Assembly (NCBI GenBank): GCA_004764695.1
Contig: SMSO01000032.1
Coordinates: 3,628,483-3,692,482, forward strand
Direction: 5' to 3'
DNA from: Schizochytrium sp. TIO01
Taxonomy: Eukaryota > Protista > Bigyra: Labyrinthulomycetes
DNA length: 64,000 bases
The notes beneath the pieces were generated by a model that did not search any database, was not told the DNA's origin, and saw nothing but the letters and a program-made list of their open reading frames with translations. Of the stretch, positions 62,981-64,000 are shown piece by piece. Within the stretch, counting starts at the first letter, position 1; each line of letters begins with the position of its first letter. A program made the translations under genes and the position numbers.

Positions 62981-63509
62981 GGCGCTCTCCTGTTGCCTTG
63001 TTAGCACGATTACTGGCTATTCGAAGTTCCCGGAGTCCTCCAAGCGAGTCGGAGCTCCACGCGCCGACTCAAGCGAACGAGTCTCTGGCTGAAGAGGCGC
63101 AGAGCCAAGGGAGACCCCGGCTGCGCTGTCGTTATGTACTGGCCGCAGCAAAGAAAATGCCGCAGAGGGAGATTCTGAGATTTGATTGCTTTTTCGCAAC
63201 AATGTTATTTTATTTTTTTTCTGTATGTTACTACACTGGATAATTTATTTTTAAAGCATTAAGAGTAAGTCACATAAATAGGGAAATACGTATAACCTAT
63301 TGTACATTTCTAATGATTGTTTGGATTTGCGTGGACTTATTGTATTATTGCTCACCCATATCGCGTTGCAAACTACAGAACTGCTTGCAGCGATCATGAA
63401 AGTGGCGACGCCAATCACACCATCACAATAGCTGAAAGCGAGAGGCATTGTGCGACAGAATCTTTTGCTGAAAAGACCTCAAAACATACGACTCGGTTGC
63501 CGGCGAAAG

Positions 63510-64000
63510 ATGTTTGTACAAGGCGAACTCGATGCAAAAGATGGACCTAGGAGGCATCTTCGAGAGGCAGCAAAAAGGGCTGAGAGCGGGGATCGTGCGG
63601 AAACATTTGTGGGGAATGCAAAACAGGGAACACCCGCTACTTTGAACATCATGCTACCTGAAGTCGTCTCTGAGAACTCTGAAGAGAACCTAAGCAAGGC
63701 ACTCAAGAAAGCAATTGCGATCCTCAGACAAAAATGTGATCTTGTGCAGCAAGATCGAGACCAAGATCAAGGCCTAATTGAGAAACAGGTCGAACGACAA
63801 CAAGCTACATCTCAGCCTGATGACGATAAAGCAGTGACGTGTATATATTTGCTAGCTCGCGAAGCGCTACGCAAACGTACTTCGAGGGAAACCATGCGAA
63901 CAGACCTTCGAGAAATGGGCTTTGATGAGGTATTCGCAAATAAGTTTAGTGAAGGCGTCTATATTTTACAGAGAGATCTCGAAACCAAAGCATTTGCATG
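63510..64000 (+). CDS. COMM-domain protein (COMMD5-like), 5' part only, runs off the window
   Basis: My own translation of an ORF absent from the track: MFVQGELDAK...VTCIYLLAREALRKRTSRETMRTDLREMGFDEVFANKFSEGVYILQRDLETKAFA, open for 163 codons to the edge. It resembles the COMMD helical N-domain; the diagnostic WRVD-type COMM domain would lie beyond the window. Confidence 0.6.
   Translation, partial: MFVQGELDAKDGPRRHLREAAKRAESGDRAETFVGNAKQGTPATLNIMLPEVVSENSEENLSKALKKAIAILRQKCDLVQQDRDQDQGLIEKQVERQQATSQPDDDKAVTCIYLLAREALRKRTSRETMRTDLREMGFDEVFANKFSEGVYILQRDLETKAFA

Overview
This is eukaryotic nuclear DNA of moderate GC content with long, mostly intron-free CDSs. The intergenic regions are full of short tetranucleotide microsatellites. 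The gene set (KATNIP, RJL GTPase, a SHIPPO-repeat protein) points to an organism with a flagellated stage; the overall style suggests a thraustochytrid/labyrinthulomycete-type protist, which is inference only. About 19 protein-coding genes can be supported: SHIPPO-repeat protein (5' end unresolved), KATNIP, ADCK2/ABC1 kinase, mARC/MOSC, PDH E2 (DLAT-like), TDP2-like, TatD, a 7TM protein, an orphan, a giant kinesin-1-like motor, RJL, an NSUN/Nop2-family m5C methyltransferase, p24/TMED, a CENP-E-like kinesin, TMEM209, a poly-Q protein with two zinc-hook-like CxxC motifs, a PDZ-TBC1D13-like RabGAP and a COMMD-like gene running off the right edge. Two gene-free tracts (~13.9-23.0 kb and ~53.3-60.4 kb) are mosaics of tetranucleotide arrays and GC-rich islands. 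The best leads are: a multi-hairpin GC-rich element at ~5.10-5.39 kb (candidate structured ncRNA); a ~20-bp-phased ACTTG/E2F-like motif array in the middle of the first desert; the double zinc-hook-like poly-Q protein, which has ~7 kb of upstream non-coding DNA; an 81-aa repeat in the kinesin stalk; and a divergent PDH E2 catalytic domain. No rRNA, tRNA, CRISPR array or recognisable transposon ORF was found. All homology calls are motif recognition by eye; no searches were run.
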